Shown: positions 9,886 to 19,514 of the stretch, piece after piece
Position numbering within the stretch: the first letter of the stretch is position 1
Layout: every line of letters begins with the position of its first letter
Assembly: GCA_963702845.1 (NCBI GenBank)
Contig: OY969763.1
Location: 4,288,001 to 4,352,000 of the forward strand
DNA from: an uncultured Verrucomicrobiae bacterium
GTDB lineage: Bacteria > Verrucomicrobiota > Verrucomicrobiia > Limisphaerales > Palsa-1400
Direction: 5' to 3'
Length of the DNA stretch: 64,000 nt
Notes under the pieces: model-generated
Told to the model about the DNA's origin: nothing
What the model saw: the letters and a program-made list of their open reading frames with translations, nothing else
The model's database searches: none
Position numbers and translations under genes: made by a program

Positions 9886-10194
9886 ACCAAATAACGGCCC
9901 TAATCGGCTGAAGATCGTGGTTGCCACCCGCTGTTGGTTCGTCGGACTCGCTACTTTGACAGCAATCTCGCGCCGAGGCACCGGTCCTGACCGCTCCCCA
10001 GCCAGCGCAAACACCCTTTTGCGATGCTCCTTGTCCTTCGGATGCACACAGCAACCGAACCGCCCGTCTGGATACACGCGAAGATGCACACCCGTTTTGT
10101 CGTTGCCACTTTCGGCGCACGCCGGGCAGCGCGCGCGCTTCATCCCGTTGCTTAGATCGACAACCTTTTCCAACTTCGACAAATCAAGGCTCAT
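9706..10194 (-). CDS. Zn-binding hypothetical protein (primase Zn-ribbon-like)
   Basis: RCPAC...GCC; coupled to the primase stop. Confidence 0.65.
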   Translation of the reverse strand: MSLDLSKLEKVVDLSNGMKRARCPACAESGNDKTGVHLRVYPDGRFGCCVHPKDKEHRKRVFALAGERSGPVPRREIAVKVASPTNQQRVATTIFSRLGPLFGSDASDASSQVEMSFEKVRTPRTPVSKSNDETVEDSRTLRTGIQNSLYGAQKKRILIRTR

Positions 10195-12152
10195 GCGCGA
10201 ACCTCGCCTTCATCGATGCGAAACTTCACCCCGTTGAAACCGCGTTGATTCTTATCCTCGCGTTTGATGTCATGCCGTTTGGTCACGCCAAACATTTCCA
10301 GCATCAACCCCTCCAGCTTGCCTTGCACCTCAGTGATCGGCAGCGGTTGCCACCGACGCTCTGGACAGAAGGCGGCATACGCCTCAACAAGCTCGCTCGT
10401 TGTCACATCGCCAAAACTGTCCGCAATAACGCGCTCCTCCAGGAAGCACCGCAAGCTATCGCTCTCAGCCAGCAACGAGTCCACAATCCCGCGCTGTCGC
10501 GCTGTTAAAACCAAATCGCCACCTTCGTCCGGGATCTCCGTCAGAACTTTGCGCGCACCCTCCAGCGCCCAATTCAAAATGCCGCTGCCTTCCGTGCGAA
10601 TGAGATAGCCGCCAAAGTCAGGAATCTTCTTCGCAGGAGGCGGCGATTCGTAGCGCACGATGTTGAGCCGCCGGCGCCATGCGCCAACGTCGCCCTGCAA
10701 TCGAACACGCAAACGCGCGTTCGACGTGATCAACACGTTGAACGTCCCTTGCACCTGGAATGAACCCGTGCCGCCTTTTTGTTCGGCATCGAACCAGTCA
10801 CCACCAACCAACCCTTTCAAAACCGCCGCACCTTTGGTGCTCAGAAAATCTGCTTCCACGTCGACGCCGACGAGCAGCGTCTTTTTCAAGTAGCGAAACA
10901 ACTCAAACCGCTCCGCCAACTGCTTCGTGCGCAGTTGAGTGACGTTGGTCATGCCGATAAGACCCTGCATGACATTGGCGAACTGCGTTTTGCCGCGACC
11001 GGCTTCACCGTCCAAAATCAAAAACCGCTGCGCTCGGTTCTGACCGAGCAACATCATGCCGGCAAACCGTTGCAGAAGACTGACGTCCTCGGGATCCACC
11101 GCCGGCATGACCAGCTCATTCAGGAATCGCTCGCACTTTGCGTTCTCATCGAACGCAATCGGCGAGCGGTTGCGCGATCGGAACTCAGGCGAGAACGGCT
11201 GCAGCTCTGCTTCGCTGCCGTTGAAGACAACGACGCCGTTGGCCAGGTGAATCGTTTTGCGCTTCTCCTTAAACGCGTCGCGCTTTTCGGTGAGTCCGCG
11301 CAAATGCGCGATCACCGAATTGAGCGTCTTTGCCGTGCGCCGCTTCTCGAGGTCGAACACCTTCGCTTGCCGCGACGCTTCAAGCATGCGGCTCGAAATC
11401 TTATTGCGGATCGCATCGCTGGACTGAACTTCGTAAAGCCCGGTGCTCGCTTGATACGCGTAAAACTCCAGCTCCTCGGGCTCGAAAAGAATCTCGTTCT
11501 CCGCGGCGTGCAAGCCCGCCCAATACTCTTCGTTGATGCCGGTGACCGCTCCTTTGTCAGTCGTGTAGAAGGGCTCACCGTGCCGCTCGCGCAACTTTTC
11601 ATCGCTCGCGGTGAGCCATGGCAATTCCCATTCCTTCGGCCAAACGATCTCCGCAAAGGGCAAAGACACTGGCGCGACATCGACGACAAGCTGGTAATCC
11701 ATGCCTGCCGGATGCCGGCCGTAAATTGTTGAAAGCCGTCCATCCGCCCGCCATTCGAAATGCTTGTGCTCCGGATTGCAGCTCTTCGGAAAATCAGCTT
11801 GAATGCGCACCCACAACATCGCGCCGCGACTGCCGCGCGAGCGCGTCGTCGCTTCCAGTTTCGGATTGAGCGCGAGAAACGTCGCAAGGTCTTCATCCGA
11901 ATCAAAATCAATCGCGCACAACCCGCCCGAAATCTTGCCGAGGTAAATGGCAATGTTCGTTTCTCGTGCGGCAAAGATTGCACGATACGCTTCGGTTTTC
12001 GTGCCCTCAAACGGCCGCGCCACATACGTGACCAGCGGTCTCTTTGTCCCGAATTCACACGGAACAAAGAAAACATCCTCCCCGAAAAGCTCAACGAACC
12101 TTTGCAGGCCATTACTTCGGGAAACGGGTTGCAACGACTCAGGAGCGCTCAT
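10191..12152 (-). CDS. Primase-polymerase / D5-P4 family helicase fusion
   Basis: N-terminal AIDFD prim-pol motif, LANGV, GEAGRGKT Walker A. Confidence 0.85.
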   Translation of the reverse strand: MSAPESLQPVSRSNGLQRFVELFGEDVFFVPCEFGTKRPLVTYVARPFEGTKTEAYRAIFAARETNIAIYLGKISGGLCAIDFDSDEDLATFLALNPKLEATTRSRGSRGAMLWVRIQADFPKSCNPEHKHFEWRADGRLSTIYGRHPAGMDYQLVVDVAPVSLPFAEIVWPKEWELPWLTASDEKLRERHGEPFYTTDKGAVTGINEEYWAGLHAAENEILFEPEELEFYAYQASTGLYEVQSSDAIRNKISSRMLEASRQAKVFDLEKRRTAKTLNSVIAHLRGLTEKRDAFKEKRKTIHLANGVVVFNGSEAELQPFSPEFRSRNRSPIAFDENAKCERFLNELVMPAVDPEDVSLLQRFAGMMLLGQNRAQRFLILDGEAGRGKTQFANVMQGLIGMTNVTQLRTKQLAERFELFRYLKKTLLVGVDVEADFLSTKGAAVLKGLVGGDWFDAEQKGGTGSFQVQGTFNVLITSNARLRVRLQGDVGAWRRRLNIVRYESPPPAKKIPDFGGYLIRTEGSGILNWALEGARKVLTEIPDEGGDLVLTARQRGIVDSLLAESDSLRCFLEERVIADSFGDVTTSELVEAYAAFCPERRWQPLPITEVQGKLEGLMLEMFGVTKRHDIKREDKNQRGFNGVKFRIDEGEVRA

Positions 12153-12163
12153 ACGCTTCCTCC

Positions 12164-12568
12164 ATGGCGACACCCAACCACAAACATGGCAACAGCTACC
12201 CGTTCGAGCAGATTCGCGAGGCATACGGAGCCGACGCGCCGAATGCGGCGAAATCGCCTTATCTTCTGTTCAATGGCGACGAGATCGTAGCGCTGTGCCT
12301 GCAACACAGGTTCAATCCGGAACCTGGCGAAATTTGGGTTGGTGACGATGCGCCCCTCGCAGAATCGGGCAAGCAACTCGCAGCGCTTAAAGACAAGAAA
12401 ACGCTTCCGCTTTATTTCCGAGCGCGCGGCCGCAAGTTTTTTGAGTTTAAGGGCCACCATTTCATCACAGGCGACACCGCAGACCCGCAGGAACTCGCCA
12501 AGCGCAAAGGCCCGGTTCCTCTCTCGCGAATCGTCTTTATCAGGCCGGTTCCTCACAAAGCTGTTTAG
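12164..12568 (+). CDS. Hypothetical protein inserted opposite to the replication operon (moron-like)
   Basis: Fills the gap between two minus-strand genes. Confidence 0.65.
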   Translation: MATPNHKHGNSYPFEQIREAYGADAPNAAKSPYLLFNGDEIVALCLQHRFNPEPGEIWVGDDAPLAESGKQLAALKDKKTLPLYFRARGRKFFEFKGHHFITGDTADPQELAKRKGPVPLSRIVFIRPVPHKAV

Positions 12569-12618
12569 TGCCGCCGGCGGCGCAGCAAGTCCGGAAGTTG
12601 TTTCGTGCGCTTCCATTC

Positions 12619-13035
12619 TCACTCCGCTTCGCTCCGGTCAGAGTCAAACTCCGCGCTCAACTGCGGCCAGTGGTAGCTAAACCCCGGCTCCTCATCCCAT
12701 TGGCCATGCGCATTTCTTGCAAATCTCTCTGGCCTCAGCACCCCCCTCATCATCACAACGAAAGCTTTGATTTCCTCTCGGACGTGTTCCGCAGTCGTCA
12801 ATTCCGCCGCCTCGACCAGATTTATGAAAAGGTTGTTAATATCGATTAGAAACACTGGCCGAGGATGCTCCTCCGCGCGGAGCCAGACATCATCTTCGAT
12901 AAAAGGAACGTCTCGCGGCGACACCCAAAACTCGCCAGCGGGACCAACGCCAGCCCAAACGAGCTTTGCCTGACGGTTCTCATCAAGCTGTAGTGACCGA
13001 AACCATTTTATGTCTTTTCTGTTCGCAGTATTCAT
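12619..13035 (-). CDS. Hypothetical protein
   Basis: Translationally coupled to the helicase. Confidence 0.65.
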   Translation of the reverse strand: MNTANRKDIKWFRSLQLDENRQAKLVWAGVGPAGEFWVSPRDVPFIEDDVWLRAEEHPRPVFLIDINNLFINLVEAAELTTAEHVREEIKAFVVMMRGVLRPERFARNAHGQWDEEPGFSYHWPQLSAEFDSDRSEAE

Positions 13036-14327
13036 AAACTCTCCTTGTAGAATTGAATCGCTTCCGGCGACACGTGGACACCCTTGAACCAATCCTTGAA
13101 ATGCAAGCCGGCCAGTGATCGCACCCGCGACACCGCCACGTAAGCCTGCCCAGGATCACGCGCCGCGCGGATGTCCAGATAAGCGGCGTCCAACGTGAGC
13201 CCTTGTGATTTGTGAATTGTCATCGCCCAGGCGAGACGTAGCGGAAATTGCGTGAACGTTCCTGACTCGGGATCATCTTGCGCATAGCGCCAAGTGAACG
13301 GTTCGACATTCACTTCGTCGCCATTCGGCGCGCGCACCACAACAAGGCCGGGATCAATCTTCTCAACGGTACCAACCTGCCCATTTACAAACAGCGGCGT
13401 CATTCGCCCGGGCTCATTCCGGTTGATGGTAAACATCACCATTGCGCCGAGCTTCAACCGCAGCGTTTCCGGTGTGAGCAAATTCTTTTTCAAGAATTCG
13501 CGTTGCTGCTCAGGACCGCTTTGTTCCGCAACCAAGACCGTTTCAACGCCGGGCAATTCGGACAGCTGAAACTCGTTCCACTTGTCCACTTGCACGTTGT
13601 GCGTGTAGAGCCGCGTCAAATTCGCGGGCGGAAAATTGCGAATGCGCGATTGCAGAATCCGCGCCGTCTCTACCCAAACATTTCCGACGCGGAAATTTCC
13701 CAACGCGCGAACAAAGGACGGCTCATCTTGCCGCCGCACCTTTTCGAGAATGATCGTTTTGAACTCAGCGCGTTCCCACGTTTGCGATTGAAACGCCCAA
13801 TCGTAAGGGAGCTCTTCGCCATGTGGCCCACACGCTAGTGTGCGCACGGGTGGCAGTTGGAGAAAGTCACCAATCACGATGACCTGCACGCCGCCGAACG
13901 GCTCATCGCTTCCGCGCAATCGCCGAAAGAGATATTCGATAAAATCCAATTGCCGACCCGGCAGCATCGAGATTTCGTCAATGACGAGGATCTCGCATCG
14001 CTTCACCCGATTAAACCCGGCGAGGATCGACTTGCGCGGATCGCGACGAAGCACGCCGTAGTAATCTTCGTTCGATTGCCCAAGTTGCGGCCCGAGCATC
14101 ATCCCGCAAAACCGGTGAATCGTCATCCCTGACACGTTCAGCGCCGCGACACCCGTTGGCGCGGTGACATCGACTTTGCGCGCGCACTCTCCAATGAAAG
14201 TGCGCAGCAACGTACTTTTGCCCGTGCCGGCCATGCCGGTAAGGAACACGTTGCGCCCGCCGTGCGCCGCACCGAGGAAACGATTTTCCTCGGTAACGAC
14301 CAAATCAATTTCTTCGCTGAACGTCAT
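13032..14327 (-). CDS. Pif1/RecD-like SF1B helicase
   Basis: GMAGTGKS, IDEISM, GDFLQLPPV, TIHKSQG and QAYVAVSR motifs. Confidence 0.92.
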   Translation of the reverse strand: MTFSEEIDLVVTEENRFLGAAHGGRNVFLTGMAGTGKSTLLRTFIGECARKVDVTAPTGVAALNVSGMTIHRFCGMMLGPQLGQSNEDYYGVLRRDPRKSILAGFNRVKRCEILVIDEISMLPGRQLDFIEYLFRRLRGSDEPFGGVQVIVIGDFLQLPPVRTLACGPHGEELPYDWAFQSQTWERAEFKTIILEKVRRQDEPSFVRALGNFRVGNVWVETARILQSRIRNFPPANLTRLYTHNVQVDKWNEFQLSELPGVETVLVAEQSGPEQQREFLKKNLLTPETLRLKLGAMVMFTINRNEPGRMTPLFVNGQVGTVEKIDPGLVVVRAPNGDEVNVEPFTWRYAQDDPESGTFTQFPLRLAWAMTIHKSQGLTLDAAYLDIRAARDPGQAYVAVSRVRSLAGLHFKDWFKGVHVSPEAIQFYKESL

Positions 14328-14343
14328 GCGTCTCCTTTGCGAT

Positions 14344-15195
14344 TCAGTTGAGATCAGGACGCATCGAGTTCAACGCCGTCTCGTTCGGCGAGTAACACTT
14401 GATGTATTTCCAAGCGAGATATGCCGCGCCGAAGATTTTCGGATAATCAATATTCTGCGGCCACTCCTTCACATGGACCGGACCAGGCTCAACGCTGTCG
14501 ACAACAACCGAAACCAAGCCGACAACGTTTTTGCCCGTCGACGCATTGATTGCTTCGCGATATGCCGCGAGCTGTAGCGGCCACGTTTCATAGAACGCCG
14601 CTTTCGCTTCACCTTTCGCCGATCGCTTCACCTTCTGCGTTTTGAAATCCACGACGCACCATTGAGAGCCAGTGGCGCTGCCACCTTTGAGCTTTGCGAC
14701 CATGTCGACGCGACCGGCATAAGCGGCCGTTGGATGCACAACCACTTGCTCAATGCAATCAATACGCTCCACGTTCTCGTCGAACCAGCGCACCCAATCC
14801 TGAATGAACGCGAGTAACTTTGGATCGGTGGGAAGTTCTTTGTTGATTGCGTAAGCCTCGCACGCCGCATGAATCGCCGTGCCGAAGTCGGCCGCCTTTT
14901 CAACTTGCTCGCTCATGTCGGTGACAACGCGCCGAGCAAACGTGTCGAGCGGTTCGTCCGCTCTAGGCGGCAATGTCAGCGCCGCCATGATGCCCTGCTC
15001 AATTTTCCAAGCATCCAGCCCAGGTTTGGCGAGCACACCCAAAATGTTCGTGACGCTCGGAAGCGCGAGCACCTTGCGTGCATCGGCCAGCGTGACGGCG
15101 CGGTTGCCGCTGCCGTCCTTCTTCGCGATTTGATGAAATGGCCGACCATCTTGCAGGTACCAATGACTCGGCGCTTGTCGTTCAATCAGTGTCAT
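14344..15195 (-). CDS. PD-(D/E)XK exonuclease
   Basis: PSVT, GTAIH, YAGRVD, VDFKT and QLAAY motifs. Confidence 0.85.
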   Translation of the reverse strand: MTLIERQAPSHWYLQDGRPFHQIAKKDGSGNRAVTLADARKVLALPSVTNILGVLAKPGLDAWKIEQGIMAALTLPPRADEPLDTFARRVVTDMSEQVEKAADFGTAIHAACEAYAINKELPTDPKLLAFIQDWVRWFDENVERIDCIEQVVVHPTAAYAGRVDMVAKLKGGSATGSQWCVVDFKTQKVKRSAKGEAKAAFYETWPLQLAAYREAINASTGKNVVGLVSVVVDSVEPGPVHVKEWPQNIDYPKIFGAAYLAWKYIKCYSPNETALNSMRPDLN

Positions 15196-15262
15196 AAAAA
15201 TTCCTTTCCAAGAACGCGGGACCAGCCGTTCGACTGGCCCCGCATGACCTTGGCGTCATGGG

Positions 15263-16003
15263 TTAAAACTGGAGATCATCCTTCTTTTCTTGGCCGACGA
15301 ACCACTCGAGCGCAGCAATCAGCCGCTTATCATCGGCTGTCTGCTTTGCCGCTGACTTCGCACCTGGCAGCCATTTTTCCACCAGCGCGTTGACTTGTTC
15401 TTCGCTCAGGTCGCGCAGTTCCAAACCGGCGCAACGACCGACGTGGATTTTCACAGCGCCATGCTCAGTCGCGCCGGCGCCGGCAGGCTGTTGCGAACGG
15501 CGATAGCCGCCGCCATTGCTCGCGCCAGCGGGCGCAGCTTCGGCTTGTTCGCCGGCGTCGCTATCAGTGCGGTCCTTCCTGCGGACGAATGTCCCCGATG
15601 GTTGCAACGGATTGCCGCTCTTATCAGGAGTGCAGGCGATGAGGTTCGAGTAAACCTTGCCATCCTTGTGCTCATGCAGGACGACGAGGTTCGCGGTCTT
15701 GCCGATCAGCGTTTCCGTATCGAAATCGCTCAACTCAGCTTGCGTGAGATCGCGACCAAACCAGCCGCGCAGGAATTTGCGGAAGTTCGCCTTCTCGTTC
15801 AGCGTCGGCGTGAAATTCTTGGACCAGACCGCGAAACGCGTTTTGTCCTCGCGCTCCTTGTCGACCTCGAAAACGACTTTGAACACGTTGCGTTCGCCGA
15901 ATTCGCTTTGCTGCTTGCGCAGCGGGGTTACATCTACACAAACCGCGCGGCCCGTAAATTCGGGACATGGTTCGAAGTTTCCATTGCTAGCATTGATTTT
16001 CAT
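15263..16003 (-). CDS. Phage ssDNA-binding/recombination-type protein
   Basis: TL.EKANFRKFL..W.GR...FD...LIGK motif, acidic DDLQF tail, next to the exonuclease. Confidence 0.6.
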   Translation of the reverse strand: MKINASNGNFEPCPEFTGRAVCVDVTPLRKQQSEFGERNVFKVVFEVDKEREDKTRFAVWSKNFTPTLNEKANFRKFLRGWFGRDLTQAELSDFDTETLIGKTANLVVLHEHKDGKVYSNLIACTPDKSGNPLQPSGTFVRRKDRTDSDAGEQAEAAPAGASNGGGYRRSQQPAGAGATEHGAVKIHVGRCAGLELRDLSEEQVNALVEKWLPGAKSAAKQTADDKRLIAALEWFVGQEKKDDLQF

Positions 16004-16604
16004 TACTGTCTTCTTTCCTTTCAGGTTCAGGGGTTTCGTTAGTGACTGGCGGCAACGTGCCGCGCAGAAATTTGAAAAATGTTTCAGCGGTGAGCGTGAC
16101 GAGCCAGCGGCCCTCGGGGCGGCGGTGAGCGATGACAGCCACCATCGCACCCGCTTCTCGCTCCGCACTTCCCAACGTTTCACGGATATTCAGATGCTTC
16201 CGCTCCCACGCCTCCAAAAACATCCAGGGAAACTTGTCGTGCACAAAATCCAGCAATGCTGCTGCAATCGGGTCTGCCCATTTGCCAGTCACATCTATGC
16301 TGAGAAACCGATAGAATTGCTCGGCCTCCATCGTCACCAGCCAAGGGCAGAAATTCCGTTTGTGCGCAACGATCGGAGCCTTCCCCAATCCGCAATCGCG
16401 TCTCGCCTGCTCCATCGCAGCCTCGATGTTCAGTTGCTGAACGCACTTCACTTCGAAATGGATCCAACTCAGTTCGTCACACACGACGTCTGGTGAATCC
16501 GGCGAGCCGCTGAACTGCTGCCCGCGCCGCGCGATGAACCCTTGCGCACGCAGCTCATCACGCCACAATCGCTCTCCGCGTTTGCCTTTGTTCCTGGAAT
16601 TCAT
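15987..16604 (-). CDS. Holliday-junction-resolvase-like PD-(D/E)XK endonuclease
   Basis: SRNKGKRGER...PDV...FEVK. Confidence 0.75.
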   Translation of the reverse strand: MNSRNKGKRGERLWRDELRAQGFIARRGQQFSGSPDSPDVVCDELSWIHFEVKCVQQLNIEAAMEQARRDCGLGKAPIVAHKRNFCPWLVTMEAEQFYRFLSIDVTGKWADPIAAALLDFVHDKFPWMFLEAWERKHLNIRETLGSAEREAGAMVAVIAHRRPEGRWLVTLTAETFFKFLRGTLPPVTNETPEPERKEDSNENQC

Positions 16605-16631
16605 TCGCGTCCTTTGCGTCCTTCGCGAGAC

Positions 16632-16859
16632 TCAGTTCCGCCACCCGTGCCGGCACGTTTGTTTCAAGTGCGTATCCACATCGCTCCACTTGAAGAGCAC
16701 AGAATGACCGATCTTGTAGTAAGGAATCATTCCGCGCCGCATCCAGTTATCCACCGTGCGCAGCTTTTTGTTCATTCGTTTGGCGAGTTCCTGCTTGTTG
16801 ATATAAGGCTCAGCAGGAGCGGTCCCGTTATCCAGTTGTGTTTGACTTTCCGTTTTCAT
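16632..16859 (-). CDS. Excisionase-like HTH protein
   Basis: ELAKRM..LRTVDNW..RG.IPYYKIG.SVLF. Confidence 0.85.
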   Translation of the reverse strand: MKTESQTQLDNGTAPAEPYINKQELAKRMNKKLRTVDNWMRRGMIPYYKIGHSVLFKWSDVDTHLKQTCRHGWRN

Positions 16860-17154
16860 AATTAAATTGCTTCACCTATTGCGCTACTGTTTTCGCGAAC
16901 GAGCCAGTTATAGCGCACGTTTTGAATTTTCTTTTTTGATGCTGAAAACCCCTTGCGAAGATTCGCGCAAAGACGCGCCAGTACGCGACAGGCGCTACAC
17001 TTTTCGCGCATGAAAAAGGTTTTGAAAAAATGTTGACGCGAATTTTTTGTGATTTGCGGCTCGTTGCTTCCGTTCGCGCGCAAATTGTTGTCAGCCCAAG
17101 CGTTGCAATCGCGTAGCAGGCGCATAAACTGCGCACGCAAAGGTAAAAAATTTT

Positions 17155-17607
17155 ATGAGCTTTCTCGGAACCGCCCTGCAACGCATCAGCGACGAACGCG
17201 GACTGACCCACGCCGAAATTGCCCGCCAATCCGGCGTCTCCCGCAGCTTCATCAGCCGCGTGTGCGCCGGCGAATCCCGCGACTTCAGTGATCAACATTT
17301 CGTCGCGATACTCAAAGTCTTCGCTGCCGATCCCAAGTCCCAGGCTGAGATCATCGCAGCACGTTGCACCGATGCCCGGCATCCAGCAGAAGCCGCCGAC
17401 GTCGCCGGTGCTGCTTTGGTTGAAATCACAATCAAACCCACCGGAAAGGCCGAGAAGGGCGAAATCGATCTGACGAACAGGAGCGAAAAATTTCATCTTA
17501 CAAAGGAAGTTGAGGACGCGATTGATTGGTTACGCAGTCAATGTCCAGTTAACCCCGAGCTCCAGCGCCACCTTGTTGGTTACGCCCGTTTGTTGCGCGG
17601 AAAGTAG
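17155..17607 (+). CDS. XRE-family repressor
   Basis: GLTHAEIARQSGVSRSFISRV HTH; divergent from the Xis-like gene. Confidence 0.85.
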   Translation: MSFLGTALQRISDERGLTHAEIARQSGVSRSFISRVCAGESRDFSDQHFVAILKVFAADPKSQAEIIAARCTDARHPAEAADVAGAALVEITIKPTGKAEKGEIDLTNRSEKFHLTKEVEDAIDWLRSQCPVNPELQRHLVGYARLLRGK

Positions 17608-18079
17608 CGTCTGACCGGCTCGAGAAGCGGACTTTCCGCCGGTTGATTAAGCGTGTCCTGATAAAGCAGCAAATACTTACGTCCCATTTTTGAGCCTCGT
17701 CAGCTATTTGCCGCGACCGGCTTTTCTTCAACGTGCGAATTGCGTTGATAACATTTCGGATGACCGTTTTTTCTGTTTCGGGCAGTGCCGCCCACCACTC
17801 TGGTAACTGTGAGACATTTGTTTTCATGCCGTCCATTTTACAGAGGGGGGTTGGACAGTTACGGGGTGTCACCCCATGAAAGTTATTCACAATTCTGCCT
17901 CGGGTTACGGAAACCACTGATAGTTAACCGGTAATCGTAACAAAAACACTACGCGAACCCTTCCTGATGCTTAGTTCGAATTTCAGGAGGGATGACCTGC
18001 CGCATAACGTCTGCTCATTCTACAAAACCTTTCTTAGCCTTGCGGTCGAGTCCCGGCGCTGTCAAAAGTGCCCAGCATT

Positions 18080-18571
18080 TCACCGCTTGAACTTCCACTT
18101 ACGATTATGGACATCGACAGCCTCAATTTTTCGTTCATCCGTGACGGCCATCATCGTTCCATTAAGAATTGGGACTGAAATGTACCGACCTCCTGGCATT
18201 CTGTATCGGCGATAGCGATTAGGATAATAAAGATATCCAGCGTCATCGCCTGCCGTCGACCAGTCTATTTTGAACGGCCCGAAAGCAACGAATGTCGCGT
18301 TAGACACACGCCCGCTGCTAACACCGGAATCATTTGTGTTGAACGTCGACTTTCCATCAGCGCGCAGGAACCAAGTATAATCTATGACCTCGGGAGACAC
18401 GCTCTGTCTGGTCAGTAAAAATGCGCCATTTGTTCCACCCATCCGCAGCAAGATAACATTGTTGCACGCAATAAGCTCTGGGCCAGTGTTGCTCGGCCGG
18501 CATTTCATCACTGAAAACCAGACCGCCGCCCAGGAGGCAACGAAAAACAATAATATCCACCGTTTCCTCAC
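18080..18571 (-). CDS. Hypothetical exported protein
   Basis: Signal-like N-terminus; an attC-like right core (GTTAGAC) lies at about 18596. Confidence 0.65.
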   Translation of the reverse strand: MRKRWILLFFVASWAAVWFSVMKCRPSNTGPELIACNNVILLRMGGTNGAFLLTRQSVSPEVIDYTWFLRADGKSTFNTNDSGVSSGRVSNATFVAFGPFKIDWSTAGDDAGYLYYPNRYRRYRMPGGRYISVPILNGTMMAVTDERKIEAVDVHNRKWKFKR

Positions 18572-18663
18572 GTGGGCGAAGCCTCGCAGCTCAGCGTTAG
18601 ACGTTCAAGGATCAATGGTCGCTTGCATTTGTCTGCACCAGAGCCATCATTTGGAAATTCAGG

Positions 18664-18726
18664 TATGAACCGGCCGTTCGTATATCAAAATTACCGCGAC
18701 ACCTCGTCGCATAATCATTGTTAGGC
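18664..18726 (+). repeat. attI-like site (family C, partial)
   Basis: tatgaac-N5-gttcgtatatcaaaat..cgcgac..gtcgcataa-tcattG|TTAGGC; complementary to GCCTAAC (19031). Confidence 0.7.
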
Positions 18727-18736
18727 AGCTTGCTCT

Positions 18737-19036
18737 ATGCTCGCACTAGGAAACATCAACCCAATCGTACTAGTCGGTGCTGTTTTCCTTATGTTCAATA
18801 TCGCGGCTATCGTAACGCTAATCAGAAGTTTCACCGGCAAGCGTGCAAGCCTTACTCTTTGGATATGGGCAGCGACTGCGTTCGTATTCGGATTAGGTAT
18901 TTCAGTTTTATTTCTCACAGACGGAACAGATTTTTCTGATGACTGGCCGGATTGGCTTCTTGCAATTGTGCCATTGGTTTGCGGTGGTGTTACGTGTTTA
19001 AGAATGCTATTCCTGCGACATGAAAAGGCGGCCTAA
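18737..19036 (+). CDS. Small membrane protein (cassette)
   Basis: 3 TM segments; bounded by complementary cores. Confidence 0.75.
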   Translation: MLALGNINPIVLVGAVFLMFNIAAIVTLIRSFTGKRASLTLWIWAATAFVFGLGISVLFLTDGTDFSDDWPDWLLAIVPLVCGGVTCLRMLFLRHEKAA

Positions 19037-19264
19037 CGATGGCGCTCCAGCGCCTATGAGGTTTGTCAATACGTAGTGTGCGTCGATGATAGTTTTTTTG
19101 GGGTTGATCGCGCGGAGCGCAGTGGAACGAAGCGCAGTCGCGCGCGGCAGGCGGTTGGACATTGGTTCAATCCGCACCTGTTGTTCTTCTCGAGTCTCCG
19201 CTTATCTGTTCCTCTTCAAAGTTCCTTTCTTATTTCTCTCAAAGCAGGTTGCGTGAAGTTTGCT

Positions 19265-19450
19265 GCATCGGTGTCGCCGCGTTTTGTGTGTCGGGAGTTT
19301 GTCCCGCACCAGCTCCTATCCGGACAGTTGAGATAAGACTCAACGCCCACTGTGTCTTACTTGCCTGACTGCGGCGACCGGGGAGTCCGCCCCTTCTAAC
19401 GGACGGATGAACGCAAGGTTCACCAGCTGAAGCTACGGACTGGACTCGCC
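19265..19450 (-). ncRNA. Putative bridge/seek RNA
   Basis: Two stem-internal-loop-stem units whose loops match the attC target and the IS circle junction. Confidence 0.7.
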
Positions 19451-19514
19451 CGATCGCAAATTGTTTCACGCTCTTAACTCTGGAGGTTCTACTCACGAAA
19501 AAATTAAATGTGGT

